64,000 bases of DNA. Origin: the human T2T-CHM13v2.0 reference genome, Homo sapiens. The position numbers and the translations under genes were made by a program. Below, in pieces: positions 57,201 to 64,000 of this stretch; the stretch's first letter is position 1, and each line of letters begins with the position of its first letter. Where the stretch lies: the NCBI RefSeq assembly GCF_009914755.1, contig NC_060930.1. One strand, given 5' to 3'. The notes beneath the pieces were generated by a model, which saw only the letters and a program-made list of their open reading frames with translations, did not search any database and was not told the origin of the DNA.

Positions 57201-59414
57201 GGTGACCACTTAAAAAAAAGGACTAATATACTCTAATATGTAGAAACACACACAAAGTATAAAAATGAAGACTTCAGTATTAGAAACATATTGCTGTGAA
57301 TGCTGGTTCTATCCTTTACTGGTTTTGTGGTCTTGGGGAAGATGTTTACACATTCTGGAGCTTCAGATCCTCCAACTATAAAACTAGGATAAAAATAATC
57401 CCTATTCTATGTGATTATTATGAATATTAAGTGTTAGCAGATATAAAGAATTTAGTACATTTGGTGTAAAGTACTCATTAATATTGCCTACAATTACTGC
57501 TTAAATGCATCAAAATGCTACATAATTCTAGATTCCATAGGATTAGGCATGTACTTTCTCTTAAATTGGTTCTCAATAAACAATATTATTTAAGCTGGTA
57601 CTTACAAAGGCACCAAGCAGGCAAATATTAATAAACTAAATTATACAGTATTTTAAATCAAACTGAATTGTTGTTTTACAATCCAAAGACCACAAAGTCA
57701 TCTGAAATTTAAACAGACTAGCAAATGACTTCATTTCTTAGGACTGCTAATTTGCAGGATTTAGAAACTGATACCAATTCTCTATACATGAATGACAAGT
57801 CTCGGTTAAATAATACTAGCAGAAAAAAAGCCCTAATTTTTAAATACCTTACTAATGATAAAGCTGGTTTCCTTGACAATGGATTCAATTTTATCCCTAC
57901 GATGCTTATCACTTAACAAGATTAAACTGTTACAGAATAAAAGTTTGTTGCAAGAAAAGTAATGTACAACAATGAAAAGGGCACTGGAGATTCAAAGAAC
58001 TCTGTTCAAATTACAACTGGCTTCTTAACACCTACGTAAAATTAGGCAATTTATTTATTTTATATGAGCCTCACCTTAAAGGTTCTTATAATGACCAAAT
58101 AAAACATATACAAAGCCTGACACATAGCTGATATTCAAAATGTTAATTCACCTTCCTATCCCCCCTTGAGAGGTAGCTCCCAGAACAGAAAGCTTTACAG
58201 ACAACCAAGAAAAAGCAGCAGATACCATATTCAGACTGAAAGCAGTTGGCCATATAGGTACTTCTATTAAATCAGAGACCTAGCCCCTTACGAGCTACTC
58301 TAAAACTCGAGGGGAAAGTTTGTACCTCAGTTTTATGTCCCCTATGCCTAGCACGTTTTTCTAATTTAAAAAAAGGAACATGCAATAAATGCTGGCTAAG
58401 CTGAATTTTATTTGTCCTCTCCCTTCATTCTATTCTTTGGCTAAAGTACTTAGTAATATCTAGCACATTAAAAGCAGTAAAAATAATTTTTTACTAAAAG
58501 GATGTATAATTGCCTTAGAATAAAACAAGAAAGTATATACAAATATACATGTGATTAGAATTTGTAAGGTCAAAAAAAAAAAAAGCAAGGTAATTAATGT
58601 CAAAAGAAGACTCTATATTTAACATTCATGTAATTCATAGATGGTATCAGCTGTTCATGAAGATACACAGTTTTGAGAGTCTAAAGCAAATTATTTTTAA
58701 ATTAAGCAATTAGTGTTTCAGTTTTTCCAGTGTAGGTGTACATACAAAGAGAATCTTAAAACATAGCTGAGAACATTCTGAACTAAAGCTTTTTCACTGA
58801 AATAAACCACTTCCTTTACAAAGCCCACATAATTTTAAGCAGAAAGCCAATTAATTCTGGTTACCTGTATAAGTATAAAATTCTCCTAATTGTCTAAATA
58901 AAAATACTCAGTGATGAATAAATTAGTGAAAAAATATTTTCATTGAAAATTATATTTAAAAGGGAAAACCAAAAAAGATGCATTAAATATGACTGTTAAC
59001 AATCTACTAAAAAGGATTAAAAGATGCATTTTAAGTGCATTATTGAAAAGTTCATATAGATTTAGTAGTATTCATAATATCTCATATTTCTTTGTAACAT
59101 AAACTTTTCAAATTAATCACAGGATTTATTTCCAGGATAAGGATAAAATCTCATAATACATTTGACCTAAGCAGGAAAAAAAAAAAAAGAGGTTGCATCT
59201 CCTCATAAAAATCAAATGTTACTATGTTTCCCATTTACTGATGAGATACATAGTGATGATATCTAAGAGAAAGACAAATACAGCAAAATAAACAAGTAGA
59301 AAAAAATGATCTTAGGGAAATTGTTTATGGCTGTTCTTTATCTTTTTTTTTTTTAAACTTCTTGAAGTTCCCTACTGAAGAATAGGGAACAACCTGCCAT
59401 TAAGAACCAAAAGT

Positions 59415-59802
<388 letters not shown>

Positions 59803-60410
59803 TTATTAACACTATGAAATGGCAAAACAATGCTAGAAAGAATATAACCTCATCATATAAAATTAGGCTTTACTTTCTAAATAAAAGCTTTATTTGAAGG
59901 GAAAACTAGATAAAATTCAAAAGAAAAGGAAAATGATATATAACAGGTTTCTAACCAGTATAGGTAGACCACTATTACAAAGCACACCTTGTCAAAAATA
60001 GTAGCTCAATTATAAAATATATTTCTTCAAACCAAGCAATACTTTTAAACAATCATCTTAATGATCTGATTAGTATAAACATTTATCAGCTACTTTATTT
60101 GTGAGGCAATGGAAATATCAATTTTGAAAACTGTAAAAAATGTCCAATTTAAATTATACATGATACTTTTTCCAGATTTTTAGACCAACTATTTTTCTCA
60201 ATGCTCACTTTTTTTTAACACTATTTTTTCAATGAAATAAAATTAATCCAGTGGTAGAAAAAGCCTCAATAGGAATCGTTAAGAGTGAAACCTCGCTCCA
60301 CATAATAATATCTACTCTGTTGAAAACTATCTTCCAGTTGACTAATTATAAAATTTTAATCCATAAATAATATTTTTCTGAGAAAAGGGTCCCTTAAAAC
60401 AATAATGATG

Positions 60411-60718
60411 GGCCGGGCACAGTGGCTCACGCCTGTAATCCCAGCACTTTGGGAGGCCGAGGCGGGCGGATCACGAGGTCAGGAGATCCAGACCATCCTG
60501 GCTAACATGGTGAAACCCTGTCTCTACTAAAAATACAAAAAATTAGCCAGGCATGGTGGCGGGTGCCTGTAGTCCCAGCTACTCCGGAGGCTGAGGCAGA
60601 AGAATGGCGTGAACCCAGGAGGCAGAGCTTGCAGTGAGCCGAGATTGCACCACTACACTCAAGCCTGGGTGACAGAGTGAGACTTCGTCTCAAAAAAAAA
60701 AAAAAAAAAAAAAACACA
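60411..60718 (+). mobile_element. AluY
   Basis: AluY diagnostics, TSD AACAA(T/G)AATGATG. Confidence 0.96.
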
Positions 60719-61899
60719 AAACAAGAATGATGTATGAATTTTAATTTCTGAATTTTCCTGTGGAAGAGTTTGTGTTACTCAGTTTTATACTCTTGGGGGT
60801 GTTTTTTTTTTTTCTTGGTAGGTTTAAGGTGGCAAGGGAAATAACATCAGAAAACTAAGATTATTCCACAATTTTATTACCCAAATATGCGCCTTTTTAG
60901 CAGTTCATTCATGGGAATGTATAACATAATTATAAAATAACATTTTAAGGTTATATGTATTTGCTGTTAACAAAATGAACTAAAATGTTGTCTAAATTAA
61001 GATATGTTAACATTTAGTATATTATTTTAGAAGTTAGTTCTAATTTATTACCAGAAGAGGCTAATTTTATGTAAATACTAAGAAGTTCACATTCCAAAAC
61101 TATAAATATATTAAAATACTAAAAATTGCTCTGAATTGGGGGAAAAAAGAGAAATCTTCTTCCGGAATGCTTAGTGGCATCAAGTTGACATGATACTGGA
61201 ACCATTATACGTAAGCTCCTAAATCTTTAGGACAAGGCCTGCTGTATCACATACTAAGAAAGAAATTATCACAAGCCTCTCAGATCACTCTAGTTTCACA
61301 GTTGAAAAGGGGGTATCTAATCTAACAAGTGCCCTTGGAAAAATACATCCAGTTTAAGAGCCAATGCAAAGATGTTTCTATCCCAATCTTCTTCCAAAAA
61401 ACACCCATCCCATTTTCCCGAAAGAGAGCAAGAAAAACAGAAAACTGTACTTTCAAAAAAGTAGGAAACAGTCATAACACCAAAGCACAAACTATGAAGA
61501 ACTTCTTACCAAACAGAAATGTGGATCAAACTGAGAGCACATGAGAAACATAGGACTCCAGATTCTGTCCAGAAGCCAGAGTTCTCCAAAGTTGGAGGCG
61601 TACCTCTGAAGGACCCAACAAAAGAGTCATCAAGAAAATAGCAACAGTGAAGGCTAAGGAAGAATCTCAGAACCCATCCACACCAAGCAAGGAAATCATA
61701 AAAACCTTCTGAAGAGAATTTCACTTAGCCTTTCACTGCTTCTGTTTTGCCTCAGAGACAAAATTGACAATGCTGACAAAACTGCTGCAACATGACCTAA
61801 GGATAAACAGCAAGTTCGAGAGTACAAGGTGGTCCGAGCTCAGTCACCACACCCCTCCCATTATTCTTTATAAAATGCTGTCAAAAAAGAAATCCCTCC

Positions 61900-63880
<1,981 letters not shown>

Positions 63881-64000
63881 TAGATTCCAATCTAACAGTT
63901 TATTTAAATAGAGATCTGAAATTTACATGGCAAAATGTTAGCTTATTAAAACCAAGTGCTAGTTCCATGAGTGTTTATTATATTATTTTCTGCATTTTTC

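Noticed and set aside
57718-57916. Overlapping ORFs on both strands in unique DNA (similarly the 114-aa ORF at 48723-49067)
   Set aside because: Short, with no recognisable domain and no convincing splice context; within chance expectation.

Overview
Human (primate) genomic DNA, AT-rich and dense in repeats. It holds the 3' ~80% of the HBS1L coding sequence (HBS1-like translational GTPase, the PELO partner in ribosome rescue) on the minus strand. Fourteen GT-AG coding exons (numbered 5-18 from my recollection of the 684-aa reference) run from 39093 down to the TGA at 1532-1530. They total 1625 nt and splice in frame, giving about residues 144-684 with G1 GHVDAGKS, G2 ERERGVT, G3 DAPG and G4 NKMD. 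The 3'UTR lies at <1530, and 39094-64000 is the distal part of the large upstream intron. Intron 13 contains MIR3662. Most of the rest is about 20 Alus, several L1s, L2/MIR, a CR1/L3 relic and Tigger/Charlie DNA-transposon fossils; most ORF-track hits are Alu or L1 artefacts. No prokaryotic-type system is present. The most unusual signals are: (i) a strand-specific, clustered A>G hypermutated segment in an L1PB copy, which looks like fossilised ADAR editing; (ii) ~100-bp direct repeats on both sides of exon 17; (iii) a multibranch RNA stem abutting the exon 6 donor; (iv) a candidate poison exon and haematopoietic TF/CTCF motifs. Repeat subfamily names and consensus comparisons are from memory and need RepeatMasker/Dfam confirmation.
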